A DNA stretch of 64,000 nt from Candidatus Bathyarchaeia archaeon (GCA_038883775.1 JAVZLM010000002.1:96001-160000), one strand, 5' to 3'; counted from the stretch's first letter, positions 9,438 to 18,713 are shown. Numbers and translations: made by a program. The notes: generated from the letters alone by a model not told the origin.

Positions 9438-9863
9438 ATGCAAAAGGGAAAGACTGGAAGGGTATTCTTTTCACGCCTATTTGAGGGTGAAGACTTGGCT
9501 GAAGCCATTAAAAAGCGAGTAGTGGAAAGCGGAATAAAAGCTGGATTCTTCCTCTTAATTGGAACCTTAAAAGATGCAGTTTTGGGCTATTACAAAAGCG
9601 GGCAGTATAAGGAGATTCGCCTAGAAGGTCCATTGGAAATAGCCTCATGCATGGGGAACATCGCCGTTGATGAAAATGGAGAGTTGATAATTCATGCGCA
9701 TGTTGTTGTTTCAGACGAGAAAGGAGAAGCCTTCGGCGGACACTTAATGAGGGATTCTTATGTTGGCGTCACGGCGGAACTAGTGATAGTCGAAGCTGAA
9801 GGTGTGAATTTGCAGAGAGCCTTCGACGAGAAAACTGGGCTGAAGCTTTTGAAGTTAGGATAA
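9438..9863 (+). CDS. PPC/DUF296 domain protein
   Basis: GEDL, LEIASCMGNI, HAH, GGHL motifs. Confidence 0.9.
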   Translation: MQKGKTGRVFFSRLFEGEDLAEAIKKRVVESGIKAGFFLLIGTLKDAVLGYYKSGQYKEIRLEGPLEIASCMGNIAVDENGELIIHAHVVVSDEKGEAFGGHLMRDSYVGVTAELVIVEAEGVNLQRAFDEKTGLKLLKLG

Positions 9864-10307
9864 ATCTTTTCTTAAATATATTCCATGAGCGTCCCCATAA
9901 TAATATTCAAGCTTCGCCACTTGCCTATATCCAAGCTTTTGGTAAAGCCTCAAGGCTGCCATGTTGTCTTCGCGCGCTTCTAGGCAACAGGATTTAACGC
10001 TTTTTTCCTTAAAAATTTCCTCAATTTTTTGCAAGAGCCTTTGGGCTATTCCCCTTCTGCGATAGGCTGGCGAAACATCTATGGTGAGAATATGACCAGT
10101 CAAGACATTTCTTTCTGCATGTATCATGCCTATGATAAAGCCCACAATTTTGTCATTTATTTTAGCCACTAAACTTATGCAGTTGTAGTCTGTTAGCAGA
10201 TTGGCAATGTGTTGTTTGCTGAACGCCTCCCTGTTGAAGCATTCAGTTTCAATTTTATATAACTCGTCCAACTGTTTTATGGAGCCGTCTTCTATGGTTA
10301 TTGACAT
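9855..10307 (-). CDS. rimI: RimI/Ard1-like N-acetyltransferase
   Basis: HILTIDV..YRRRGIA, LEAREDN..A..LY.KLGY, YYYGDAH. Confidence 0.8.
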   Translation of the reverse strand: MSITIEDGSIKQLDELYKIETECFNREAFSKQHIANLLTDYNCISLVAKINDKIVGFIIGMIHAERNVLTGHILTIDVSPAYRRRGIAQRLLQKIEEIFKEKSVKSCCLEAREDNMAALRLYQKLGYRQVAKLEYYYGDAHGIYLRKDLS

Positions 10308-11392
10308 TAAGATATCCTTTCAAAAAGGGTTTTATCTGCTTTATTGTTTACCGTTATTGCCTTAATCTCTAGGGCTTGCTGAACTCCAAATCCGATGAAG
10401 AATTTTAGCCAAACAGTTAAAATTCTTGTGAGGATTGTTGCTGTGGCGCTTATATCAAATGGTATGCCCGTTAAAACATAAATGGTTGTCATGGTTATTT
10501 CTGGAAGCCCAGCCTCAAAAGGTATTCCCAATGGGATGCCGTGGATGGCTGAAATTATTGAATGTGTCAATATTATTACGCTCCACTGAACTGGAAAATT
10601 CATTGAAAAGAAGACGAGATAGGCTATTCCTATACTTAGAAACCATGAAATAATGCCAAATGAAACCGATGCAAAGAGCGTTTTTGGGGCGTGCCCAAAC
10701 TCTTTTATTGAGTTATGGAATATTTTTGCTGCTTTGACAACTTCCTCTTTAACTTTTGTCAGTTTCCAGCGTCCCCTACTCACATAATTTAAAAACCTTA
10801 TTATTACATCGATAATTTTTAATGTCCATCTTTCCCTGAAGCATAAGAAAATTAGCAATATTAAAAAGATTGTTGAAATTCCAGCCAAAAACAATGATAG
10901 GTTTAGGACAAGGCCGCTGACTGGGCGTTCCATTAGTAAGAGGCTTATGCCAAGCAATAGGCTTACAATGTTTATGCCCATTCCCATAAGCCTTTGAATC
11001 ACAAGCGAAGCCACAACCTTTCCGCTTGTTCCGTTATGTTCTCTTGTAACCAAGTAAACCTTTGTTACGTCTGCGCTTATGGATTCTGCTGGTATTGCTA
11101 TGTCCACGAAGGTTCCATACCAAACATAAAGGAAGCATTTTGCTAGTGAAAGTTTTACGGAGAGAAAGTTAAGCAGAAGATACCATGAAAGCGAGTAGAA
11201 AAACGTGTCAAAAATGAGGAAGAGGATGGCGATAGAATAAATTGATAAGTCAACACGTTGGGCTGTAACAATTATCGTTGGAATATCCACGTTAAAAAGG
11301 TAAAGGTAGATAAAGAAGGCGGCCAAACCCAGCACTAAGAGAAGGCATGTTTGCCACGATGCTTTAAACTTCATTGAAGCCATGAGGGGCAC
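10307..11392 (-). CDS. UPF0104 / lysylphosphatidylglycerol synthase TM-region (flippase-like) protein
   Basis: Multi-TM, IPAESISAD, PLGIPFEAGLPE, ILTRILTVW. Confidence 0.8.
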   Translation of the reverse strand: MPLMASMKFKASWQTCLLLVLGLAAFFIYLYLFNVDIPTIIVTAQRVDLSIYSIAILFLIFDTFFYSLSWYLLLNFLSVKLSLAKCFLYVWYGTFVDIAIPAESISADVTKVYLVTREHNGTSGKVVASLVIQRLMGMGINIVSLLLGISLLLMERPVSGLVLNLSLFLAGISTIFLILLIFLCFRERWTLKIIDVIIRFLNYVSRGRWKLTKVKEEVVKAAKIFHNSIKEFGHAPKTLFASVSFGIISWFLSIGIAYLVFFSMNFPVQWSVIILTHSIISAIHGIPLGIPFEAGLPEITMTTIYVLTGIPFDISATATILTRILTVWLKFFIGFGVQQALEIKAITVNNKADKTLFERIS

Positions 11393-11543
11393 TCAACTTT
11401 GACAGCAAAAGATTTAGAACATTATATTATACTTTATCCATTTCCGCTTAAATATTCGTTTGTAGTGAATGATTAACTATTTTAGAACATTTACTTCTTC
11501 AACGCATCTGCATCACGCAATAAACATTAATCGAAAATGTTAA

Positions 11544-11609
11544 TTGCCGTCCGAGTAACTCTGAGATTTCATCCATACGTCAAGCTAATGCCTTCTCATC
11601 ATCCGGCAA
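11544..11609 (-). ncRNA. Box C/D guide sRNA (predicted 23S rRNA H69/H71 2'-O-methylation guide)
   Basis: Minus strand TTGCCG-g-ATGATGA(C box, 11602-11596)-guide-TTGA(D', 11583-11580)-TGGATGA(C')-guide-CGGA(D, 11553-11550)-CGGCAA; 6-bp terminal stem; guides complementary to AGUAACUCUGA and AAUGCCUU. Confidence 0.85.
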
Positions 11610-11765
11610 AAAATAAGTGGGAAACCAAAAATAAAAACATTCTTTCACTTAAACCAAAAGGGAAAGAACACTTGTGGAAATGTGGATTTGAAATTCATAT
11701 TTTCTATTCATAAGCTAGTTAAATAATAGGCGACTATTCTTTTGCATTGACATGGAGGAAAATCC

Positions 11766-11948
11766 TTGACACAAAATTTAACATTAAAACAGAGAAGAGA
11801 GTTGGAAGTTAAAATGTCTAGAGTTCTCAAGGAAAACATTAAGGGGCTTTCGGCAGAATTGCAAAAAATATTGCTAGACGACATGGTCACAGCCTTCCAA
11901 AATAGAATAAACGTGTTAATAAGAGCACAGAGGAAAAGGAGCTACTAA
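11766..11948 (+). CDS. Small hypothetical protein
   Basis: GGAGG SD upstream of TTG; amphipathic helical composition. Confidence 0.65.
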   Translation: MTQNLTLKQRRELEVKMSRVLKENIKGLSAELQKILLDDMVTAFQNRINVLIRAQRKRSY

Positions 11949-12031
11949 CGCAGAGTAAATAGGAAAAAGACATAGTTTGAATCCATAAAAGCTTTATATA
12001 AAGAGGTTGAAAATATCGCCAAGAGGTTTGG

Positions 12032-12328
12032 ATGATGAGACGTTCCAAACTTGAAATGTATATAGACATTCTTAAAGTGTTAGCCCACCGTGGTCCATTG
12101 AAGCTGACGCACATAATGTATAAGGCTAATGTTAACTGCAGCGTTTTAAAGGAATATTTAGATTTTCTGATAAAACAGAATTTGGTGGAAGAAAGAACAA
12201 TTGGAAAGCGGAGAGTCGTTTACGCCATAACCCAGAGGGGCATAACTGTACTCAAATACTTTAGAGAGCTCAAACAGGTTCTGCCAATAGTGGAAGAAGC
12301 CAGAAACAGAATGCCAGTACCATACTAA
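12032..12328 (+). CDS. Winged HTH transcriptional regulator (ArnR1-like/HTH_45)
   Basis: RRSKLEMYIDIL...THIMYKANVN...YAITQRG. Confidence 0.85.
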   Translation: MMRRSKLEMYIDILKVLAHRGPLKLTHIMYKANVNCSVLKEYLDFLIKQNLVEERTIGKRRVVYAITQRGITVLKYFRELKQVLPIVEEARNRMPVPY

Positions 12329-12495
12329 TAACCCTTTAACTTTTTAAGAATTAGCCTTTCCTACTCTGTAATATTTTTCAAAACGAAACACAATTTTTTA
12401 TTCTATAACCTCATCCAAGTTTAACGATCAAAATGTTTGAGCAAATGGCTGTATTTGCTACGGATATGCTGCTGCATTGTTCGTCTTTATGTTAT

Positions 12496-12589
12496 TGTTT
12501 ATCGTGTTTTCTGGTGTTTTTGGTTAAGAACGGTGTTTATCGTAAGTAGTTTGTGTTTGTTTTGTGAATCATTATAAGTGTTTCGTAAG
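12496..12589. repeat. Short direct repeats upstream of the HTH-MinD operon
   Basis: TGTTTATCGT at 12496 and 12534; GTGTTT(A)TCGTAAG at 12533-12546 and 12578-12589, in a G/T-skewed tract. Confidence 0.45.
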
Positions 12590-12649
12590 ACTTAATAAAC
12601 GCTTTCTTCTTACAACTATTGTACACAAGTAAAACACTAAAAGGGAGCA

Positions 12650-13027
12650 TTGTTGGCTAAACAAGAAGTTTTGGGGAAAAAACCCCTTCAAATATTAGAG
12701 AAAATTAGAGAAAACCTTGAAAGACTAAACGAGAAAATGGAGGTTATGATTGAACTTCAGAAGCATAGCAAAAAAGACACGCAAATAATGTCAGAAGCAC
12801 CATTAGACGTCATGACATTACTTTCTATGCCAGATCACCTCAGAAAAACAGCCATGACAGTTTGTAGGCTTGGAAGGGCTACGGCAGAAGAAATCGCCCA
12901 ACAGACACATAGGGCTAGGGCTGTGGAGAGCGCCTACCTAAACCAGCTTGTTATTATGGGGTATTTGAAGAAGGAGAGGAAGGGAAGGAAAGCCTATTTC
13001 TTTGTGGATAGGGAAGGTCAAGGGTGA
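12650..13027 (+). CDS. Coiled-coil + wHTH DNA-binding protein
   Basis: N-terminal heptads; ATAEEIAQQTHRARAVESAYLNQLVIMGYLKKERKGRKAYF. Confidence 0.8.
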   Translation: MLAKQEVLGKKPLQILEKIRENLERLNEKMEVMIELQKHSKKDTQIMSEAPLDVMTLLSMPDHLRKTAMTVCRLGRATAEEIAQQTHRARAVESAYLNQLVIMGYLKKERKGRKAYFFVDREGQG

Positions 13028-13809
13028 TGGCTTTGGGCAAAATAATAGCAGTTCATTCCTACAAAGGTGGGACAGGCAAAACCCTTCTTTCCCTGAATTT
13101 GGCTGCAACCTTTATCAAGCGTGGCAAAAAAGTATGCTTATTAGATCTTGATTTTAGGGCTCCGAGCCTTTCCACAATTCTCAAAATTGAGAAGGCGGAG
13201 GGCTGGCTTAACGATTATTTGAATGGAACTTGTGGAATAGAGAAGGTTTTGATAAATTTAAGTGACAGATTTCAGAATAAAGGAGAATTTTTTGTTGGTT
13301 TAGCCAATCCGGCAACCGAAGCCATAAGGGAGATTTCTGCTAAGGATAGAAAATGGGAGATGCGCGCGTTGGGAAGGCTTTTGGCTCTTAGAAATTCCCT
13401 CTTAAACGATAAGGGTTTTGACTACTTAATATTTGACACGAGTCCTGGACTGCAATATTCATCTATAAACGCCATTGTTGGTGCTGATTTGGTTATTGTG
13501 GCAACAACTTTGGATAGGTCGGATGTTGATGGAACAAGGCGTATGCTTGGAGAACTTTACGACTTGTTTGAGAAGAAAACTGAGATAGTTCTTAACAAAG
13601 CCATGTTGGATCTTTCTTCGAAGGCGAAAAGAGAGGAAGTGCAAACCAAAATTCAGGAAATGTATAAAGCTCCATTGTTAGGCGTGATACCATGTTTCTG
13701 TGACGTTTTAAGGGCTGAGGGAAACATTGTTTTTGTTCACGAAAAACCCGAGCATCCCCTCGCAAAGATTTTGGACGAGATAGCGAATAAAATAGAAAAC
13801 ATGGCGTAA
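13024..13809 (+). CDS. MinD/ParA family ATPase
   Basis: Deviant Walker A KGGTGKT, LDLDFRAP, FDTSPG, VLNK; GTGA overlap with the upstream gene. Confidence 0.9.
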   Translation: MMALGKIIAVHSYKGGTGKTLLSLNLAATFIKRGKKVCLLDLDFRAPSLSTILKIEKAEGWLNDYLNGTCGIEKVLINLSDRFQNKGEFFVGLANPATEAIREISAKDRKWEMRALGRLLALRNSLLNDKGFDYLIFDTSPGLQYSSINAIVGADLVIVATTLDRSDVDGTRRMLGELYDLFEKKTEIVLNKAMLDLSSKAKREEVQTKIQEMYKAPLLGVIPCFCDVLRAEGNIVFVHEKPEHPLAKILDEIANKIENMA

Positions 13810-13811
13810 TT

Positions 13812-13931
13812 TTACTGTGTGGCTATTTTGTTTACCAACTGATAGACTTTGCAGTTTTTGCATTTTTCATAGTCTTTCTCGTCGCATTGCTTGCATATTA
13901 TGCGGTTTAATTCTTTAAGCTCTGAATTCAT
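13812..13931 (-). CDS. 39-aa Cys-rich (CxxC-x7-CxxC) microprotein
   Basis: Below ORF-track cutoff; MNSELKELNRIICKQCDEKDYEKCKNCKVYQLVNKIATQ; fills the gap convergent with minD. Confidence 0.6.
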   Translation of the reverse strand: MNSELKELNRIICKQCDEKDYEKCKNCKVYQLVNKIATQ

Positions 13932-14068
13932 GGCTAAACGCATCCTTATGTAAGAATTTCGGGCGAATGAAAGTAATATATTGTATTTCTTTTTCGTAAT
14001 ATTTCATACATAAGACTTATAGAATAGAGCATATTCCCAATAAGAGTAAAAACTGGAGACCGTTATTA

Positions 14069-14689
14069 TTGGAAAACTCAGCCATAATTCTTGCAGGCGG
14101 ATTTTCCAGAAGGCTTGGACAAGACAAAGGATTAATGCTTTTGGCAAACAAACCCTTAATAAAACATGTTTTAGACGCAATTGACAAAGTTGTAAATGAA
14201 AAAATAGTTGTTGTCAGCTCCAAAACCCAAGCCGAAAGCTACATAAGAGCATTAGGTTCTAAGGTTAAGGTTTTCGTTGATGAAGGTAATGTGCAAAGTC
14301 CACTGGTTGGCGCCTTAAAAGGCTTCCAAGAGGCGAAGAGTGAATATGCACTTCTGCTTCCATGCGACACACCCCTACTTTCTAAGGAGATTCTTTCGCT
14401 TCTGTTTGATTTATGTCCGAACAGAAATGCTGTTATCCCAAGATGGCCAAACGGCTACATAGAACCATTACAAGCGGTTTACCGTACAAAACCAGCTTTG
14501 GAGGCTGCTGAAAAAGCTTTGAACGAGGGAAATTTGAATATGCAAGCTATGGTGGATAAACTCTGCGGCATTCGCTACGTTTCCACCCTTGTTTTGAGGC
14601 AATTAGATCCACAGCTTAATAGTTTTTTCAATGTGAACACGCCCATGGATTTGAAAAGGGCTGAAAAAATGCTTAAAGAGAAGAGTTAA
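14069..14689 (+). CDS. mobA: Molybdenum cofactor guanylyltransferase
   Basis: ILAGGFSRRLGQDKG, PCDTP, EPLQAVY, FFNVNTPMDL. Confidence 0.9.
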   Translation: MENSAIILAGGFSRRLGQDKGLMLLANKPLIKHVLDAIDKVVNEKIVVVSSKTQAESYIRALGSKVKVFVDEGNVQSPLVGALKGFQEAKSEYALLLPCDTPLLSKEILSLLFDLCPNRNAVIPRWPNGYIEPLQAVYRTKPALEAAEKALNEGNLNMQAMVDKLCGIRYVSTLVLRQLDPQLNSFFNVNTPMDLKRAEKMLKEKS

Positions 14690-15996
14690 TTTTGTGCTAT
14701 GCTTTTTGCGTACTTTTCTGTTTCAGAAAACAGTTTTTCTATGTCGGCTTTTGCGTGGGCTGTGCATAATGTGCCATTATGTGTTGGGAGGAAGAACACG
14801 CCATTAGCAATTAATTTAGAGTGATAATCGGCAAGTTTCTTTCTATCAGCCCTAAAAACGGCATTAACATCTTTCAACTCTTCCTTTGTAAAGTGAACGT
14901 TAAAAATGGAGCCTGTCCCTGCAACTTGCACATCTATGCCTTTTGCCTCAAAAATTTCGGTTAGTTGCTCTCGTATTTTGTCTCCAAGCTTATTTAGCCT
15001 ATTTATTAATTTGCCATCTTCCAAAAGTTTCAGCGTCGCCAAACCCGCCGTCATTGTTATTGGGTTTGCAGCAAAAGTTCCGCCGTGGAAAGAGTATTGA
15101 GGTCGTTGGTAGCGGAGCGTGTCAACTTTCTCCATTATTTCTGCTGGTCCACAAAAGGCGCCTATGGGGAAGCCTCCCCCTAAAATTTTTCCGAGAACTG
15201 TTATGTCGGGTTTTACGCCGAAATATTGTTCAACTCCACCAGGCGCCAAACGGAATCCAGTAATCACCTCATCCACAATGAGCAGTGTTCCTTTTTCGTC
15301 GCATAATTCCCTAAGCCCTTTCAAGAATTCTTTTTCTGCAAACACACCCCCGCCGACACCAAGGACTGGTTCGATTAGGATGGCGGCAACTTCTTCATTT
15401 TTGAGTTTCTTTCTAACTCCTTCAAGGTTGTTATATGGCAAAACGATGGTGTCTTGAAGCGCTCCTTTCGTCAAACCTGCGGATTCTGGAATGTCTAATG
15501 GTGGTTTGACTGCCACGTGAAGTGCATCGTAGCCTCCATGCCATCCTCCTTCAAATTTTGCAATTTTGTTTCTTCCAGTGTATGCTCTCGCTAGGCGTAT
15601 GGCGTACATGTTTGCTTCTGTTCCAGAATTGGTGAAGCGAACCATTTTAGCGCTTGGAATCATTTTCGCAACTTGCTCTGCTAAGGCAATTTCAAGTTCA
15701 TGAGCCGTACCATAATGGGTGCCATTTTCAATTTGTCTTTTAACCGCTTTTACTACGGCTGGTGGACTGTGACCAAGGATGAGCGCTGTGTGTCCAAGCC
15801 AAAAGTCTATGTAAATGTTGCCATCAACATCGTAAAGTTTGCTTCCTTTAGCTTTGGCAACATAAAATGGGTATGGCTCAAAATATCTTATGGCGTATGA
15901 AACGCCTGCAGGAAGAACTCTCTTAGCTCGTTCGTAGAGGGCTTTGGATTTTTGAGTTTTTGAAATATAATCCTCAAACATACAGGTTCCTTCCAT
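14686..15996 (-). CDS. hemL: Class III PLP aminotransferase, glutamate-1-semialdehyde aminomutase-like
   Basis: NSGTEA, FEGGWHG, DEVITGFR, GKILGGGFP, HGGTFAANP. Confidence 0.75.
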   Translation of the reverse strand: MEGTCMFEDYISKTQKSKALYERAKRVLPAGVSYAIRYFEPYPFYVAKAKGSKLYDVDGNIYIDFWLGHTALILGHSPPAVVKAVKRQIENGTHYGTAHELEIALAEQVAKMIPSAKMVRFTNSGTEANMYAIRLARAYTGRNKIAKFEGGWHGGYDALHVAVKPPLDIPESAGLTKGALQDTIVLPYNNLEGVRKKLKNEEVAAILIEPVLGVGGGVFAEKEFLKGLRELCDEKGTLLIVDEVITGFRLAPGGVEQYFGVKPDITVLGKILGGGFPIGAFCGPAEIMEKVDTLRYQRPQYSFHGGTFAANPITMTAGLATLKLLEDGKLINRLNKLGDKIREQLTEIFEAKGIDVQVAGTGSIFNVHFTKEELKDVNAVFRADRKKLADYHSKLIANGVFFLPTHNGTLCTAHAKADIEKLFSETEKYAKSIAQN

Positions 15997-16075
15997 TTTT
16001 AAGATTGGGTGAAATTGTTATTTTAGGTCAATAAGCCTTATTTAAAGTTCACTGCAAGCCTATAAAATTTCATTT

Positions 16076-16792
16076 TTAATTTTTCGGGATTGGCATTTTT
16101 CCTAAGGCAACTTTCACGACAGTTTGAGCTAATATTTGCATTGGGTCAACAACCGGTTTGGTTACGTCTCCATCTTTTAACACAAGCGACGTTTCTGTGC
16201 ATCCACAAATTATTACGTCAGCGCCAAATTCAATGAGATGGTTAGCCACATCAACCACAAATTTTTTGCCTTCCAAAATTTTTCCAGCCTTTATGTAATC
16301 ATATATGGCTTCCATAATCATTTTTTGAAACGCTTTAGATGGGTAAACCATCTCAATGCCAAATTTGTTCAACGATTTATCGAACAACTTGCTCTTAACT
16401 GTTCCAATGGTGCCCAAAAGACCAGCCCTTTTCGCTTTAGGGAAATTTTTGCTTATGTTTTGCGCTGTCAATTCAACCATATTTAATATGGGAATTTTTA
16501 CGCTCCTTTTTAACTCTTCAAAGTAGTGGTGACCGGTTATGCATGGCATTACGATGAAATCTGCTCCAGCCTTCTCCAGATTCTTAGCCGTCTTAATCAT
16601 CTCTGGCAGTGGGCTTGGTCCTTCGCCCAATATTGCTGCGGTTCTATCTGGTATCTTTGGATTACTATCCACAATTACTCTAAGGTGTTCCTGGTCTTTT
16701 TTGGCTGGGGTTTCCCTAATTATCCTAATAAACAAGTCAGCGGTAGCTTCTGGGCCCATTCCACCCAATATTCCAATAACCTTTTCTTTCAA
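16076..16792 (-). CDS. Aspartate/amino-acid racemase (PLP-independent)
   Basis: IGILGGMGPEAT, PDRT, PCITGH and GCTE catalytic cysteines; likely start TTG at 16792 rather than 17020. Confidence 0.9.
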   Translation of the reverse strand: MKEKVIGILGGMGPEATADLFIRIIRETPAKKDQEHLRVIVDSNPKIPDRTAAILGEGPSPLPEMIKTAKNLEKAGADFIVMPCITGHHYFEELKRSVKIPILNMVELTAQNISKNFPKAKRAGLLGTIGTVKSKLFDKSLNKFGIEMVYPSKAFQKMIMEAIYDYIKAGKILEGKKFVVDVANHLIEFGADVIICGCTETSLVLKDGDVTKPVVDPMQILAQTVVKVALGKMPIPKN

Positions 16793-16988
16793 ATTATTCC
16801 CTTCAAATTTTATGAAGGATATCCAACATTTTAGGTTTTTGCGGAAGTTTCTTATTATGGTTATGTAAAAGTTTAAATAAGATGAAAATATGTTTGAAAA
16901 GTCAGAGTATTTCATAGAAAGGCTTTTAAATACTCCTAAAACGGCTAAAATTTTTGTTTTTTTTATGCTTATTTTTGGGGAAAAATAA

Positions 16989-17645
16989 TTGAATATTGAA
17001 ATAAATTTGATAATTTCCATATTAAAATTGACTAAAAATGGTTCTGTTTCAAAAGAAATAGTTAAAAATAATGCAAGAGTTTCGTCTCAAATATTTGAAA
17101 AATTGCTAGAAGAATTGCAAAATCAAGACTTTATTTATCTGACAAAAAGTTTTGTGGACGCTGATGCCCTTCAGCGTCTTAAATTGGCTGTTTATGCCAT
17201 AGAGTTGGGCGCCGACTTTGAAAGAGTTTGCAGTTTTCTTGGTTGGAGAGAGTTTGAAGGCATGGCTTCTGTAATTCTTGAGAGGAATAGCTACGTCGTA
17301 AAGCAAAATTTTTGGTTTAAGCATTTTGGCAAAAGGTGGGAGATAGATGTTGTGGGTTACAAGAAACCCATTGTCTTATGTGTTGACTGCAAACATTGGC
17401 GTTATGGGATGCGTCCATCCGCTTTAAAGAAGATTGCGGAAGAACAAAAGAAAAGAACTATTGCTTTGGTTGAGTCTTTGTTAACTCTTGTTGGAAAATT
17501 TGAATTTGCCTCTTGGAATAATGTCAAAATCGTCCCAGCAGTTTTGTCGCTTGTTCCTGGAAGGTTCAAATTTTATAATGAAGTGCCCATAGTTCCGGTT
17601 CTTCAGTTTCAAGATTTCATAAATCAGCTGCCAGCTTACGCATAA
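16989..17645 (+). CDS. wHTH + PD-(D/E)xK restriction endonuclease-like (Mrr/NERD-like) protein
   Basis: WREFE...EIDVVG...VDCKHW. Confidence 0.75.
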   Translation: MNIEINLIISILKLTKNGSVSKEIVKNNARVSSQIFEKLLEELQNQDFIYLTKSFVDADALQRLKLAVYAIELGADFERVCSFLGWREFEGMASVILERNSYVVKQNFWFKHFGKRWEIDVVGYKKPIVLCVDCKHWRYGMRPSALKKIAEEQKKRTIALVESLLTLVGKFEFASWNNVKIVPAVLSLVPGRFKFYNEVPIVPVLQFQDFINQLPAYA

Positions 17646-17696
17646 ATTGTTAACTTTATTTTTTAGATTTCCAAATTATTATTTTGAAGTGGGTGA

Positions 17697-18371
17697 ATGG
17701 GCGTAAGCATTATTATCCCAACTTTGAATGAGGAAAAATTGCTACCCATTGTATTGCGGCACTTACAGAAATATGAAGTCATAGTAGTGAATGGAGGGAG
17801 TAAAGATAAAACAGTGGAAATAGCAAAAAATTTTGGAGCCTTAGTCATAGTTTCTAACAAAAACATTCCAATTTCAAGGAATATTGGTTCAAAATTGGCT
17901 CACAATGAAATTCTCATACAATTAGATGCGGACACAATCTTAACTGAAGATTTAGTCTCTGAAATTGAAAAAGTGATGCAAGACAAGCAAGTTTCTGGCG
18001 GAACATTTCGGTTATATCCTTATGATGGTTCTTGGTATCATACGCTGTTTCTAACAACAACAGCTTTAGTTTCAAAATTGTTTGAAGGAGTGCCAGTATC
18101 CTGTAAGCCCAGAGTTTCTGGTTCAATAATTTTTATGCGGAAAAGCGCCTTTAACCGTGTAGGCGGTTATTGGGAAAATCCAGTGGCAGAAGACCAGCAT
18201 ATAGCCAAAAGATTGGCGTCAGTTGGCAAGTTTGTGGTTATCATTAAAAAGGTGGTTCCTACCTCCGCGAGGCGTTGGATTAAGTGGGGGTTCTTTAAGG
18301 CTATAGCAATAATGATGGTTAACTCTTGGATGGCTGTTATGTTTGATAAAACTTTGCTAAAAAACTGGTGA
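17697..18371 (+). CDS. Glycosyltransferase family 2
   Basis: SIIIPTLNEE, GGSKDKT, LDAD, EDQ, TSARRW. Confidence 0.9.
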   Translation: MGVSIIIPTLNEEKLLPIVLRHLQKYEVIVVNGGSKDKTVEIAKNFGALVIVSNKNIPISRNIGSKLAHNEILIQLDADTILTEDLVSEIEKVMQDKQVSGGTFRLYPYDGSWYHTLFLTTTALVSKLFEGVPVSCKPRVSGSIIFMRKSAFNRVGGYWENPVAEDQHIAKRLASVGKFVVIIKKVVPTSARRWIKWGFFKAIAIMMVNSWMAVMFDKTLLKNW

Positions 18372-18387
18372 AAAAGGGCGCATAAAC

Positions 18388-18657
18388 TTAACCAGTTAAC
18401 TCAACCTTTGTTCCTAAGGCTTGACCTGGCAAGCCCCTCCTAAACCTTACTCTTACAAGCCCTTTTTTGCCATGTAAAGCCACTATTTTCCCAACAAACC
18501 TATTTTTCCCATTCTTCCAAGCAACCTTACGCCCTATGAGTCTTCCTGCTTCAGAAAAGGATTTCACGTGGTCGAATTGAACTATACATTCCTTTGATTT
18601 TTGAGTTTTTGGACCGACACGATAATTCAAGATTGTTCCTTGAAATTTCTGAACCAT
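18388..18657 (-). CDS. rpl35ae: 50S ribosomal protein L35Ae
   Basis: GTILNYR...LIGRKVAW...GKIVALHGKKG.VRVRFRRGLPGQALG. Confidence 0.95.
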   Translation of the reverse strand: MVQKFQGTILNYRVGPKTQKSKECIVQFDHVKSFSEAGRLIGRKVAWKNGKNRFVGKIVALHGKKGLVRVRFRRGLPGQALGTKVELTG

Positions 18658-18713
18658 AAGCTCTTCACCTCCACCAGAGCTTTCAAAATATGTTGAAATT
18701 TTCCTTTTTAGGA

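Noticed and set aside
16793-17020. 75-aa N-terminal extension of the racemase ORF
   Set aside because: AT-rich low-complexity translation overlapping the divergent gene; family similarity starts at KEKVIGILGGMG, after an SD-like GAAGGG.
16989-17645. Restriction-modification or defence island around the PD-(D/E)xK nuclease
   Set aside because: No DNA methyltransferase or other defence genes are adjacent; the context is housekeeping.
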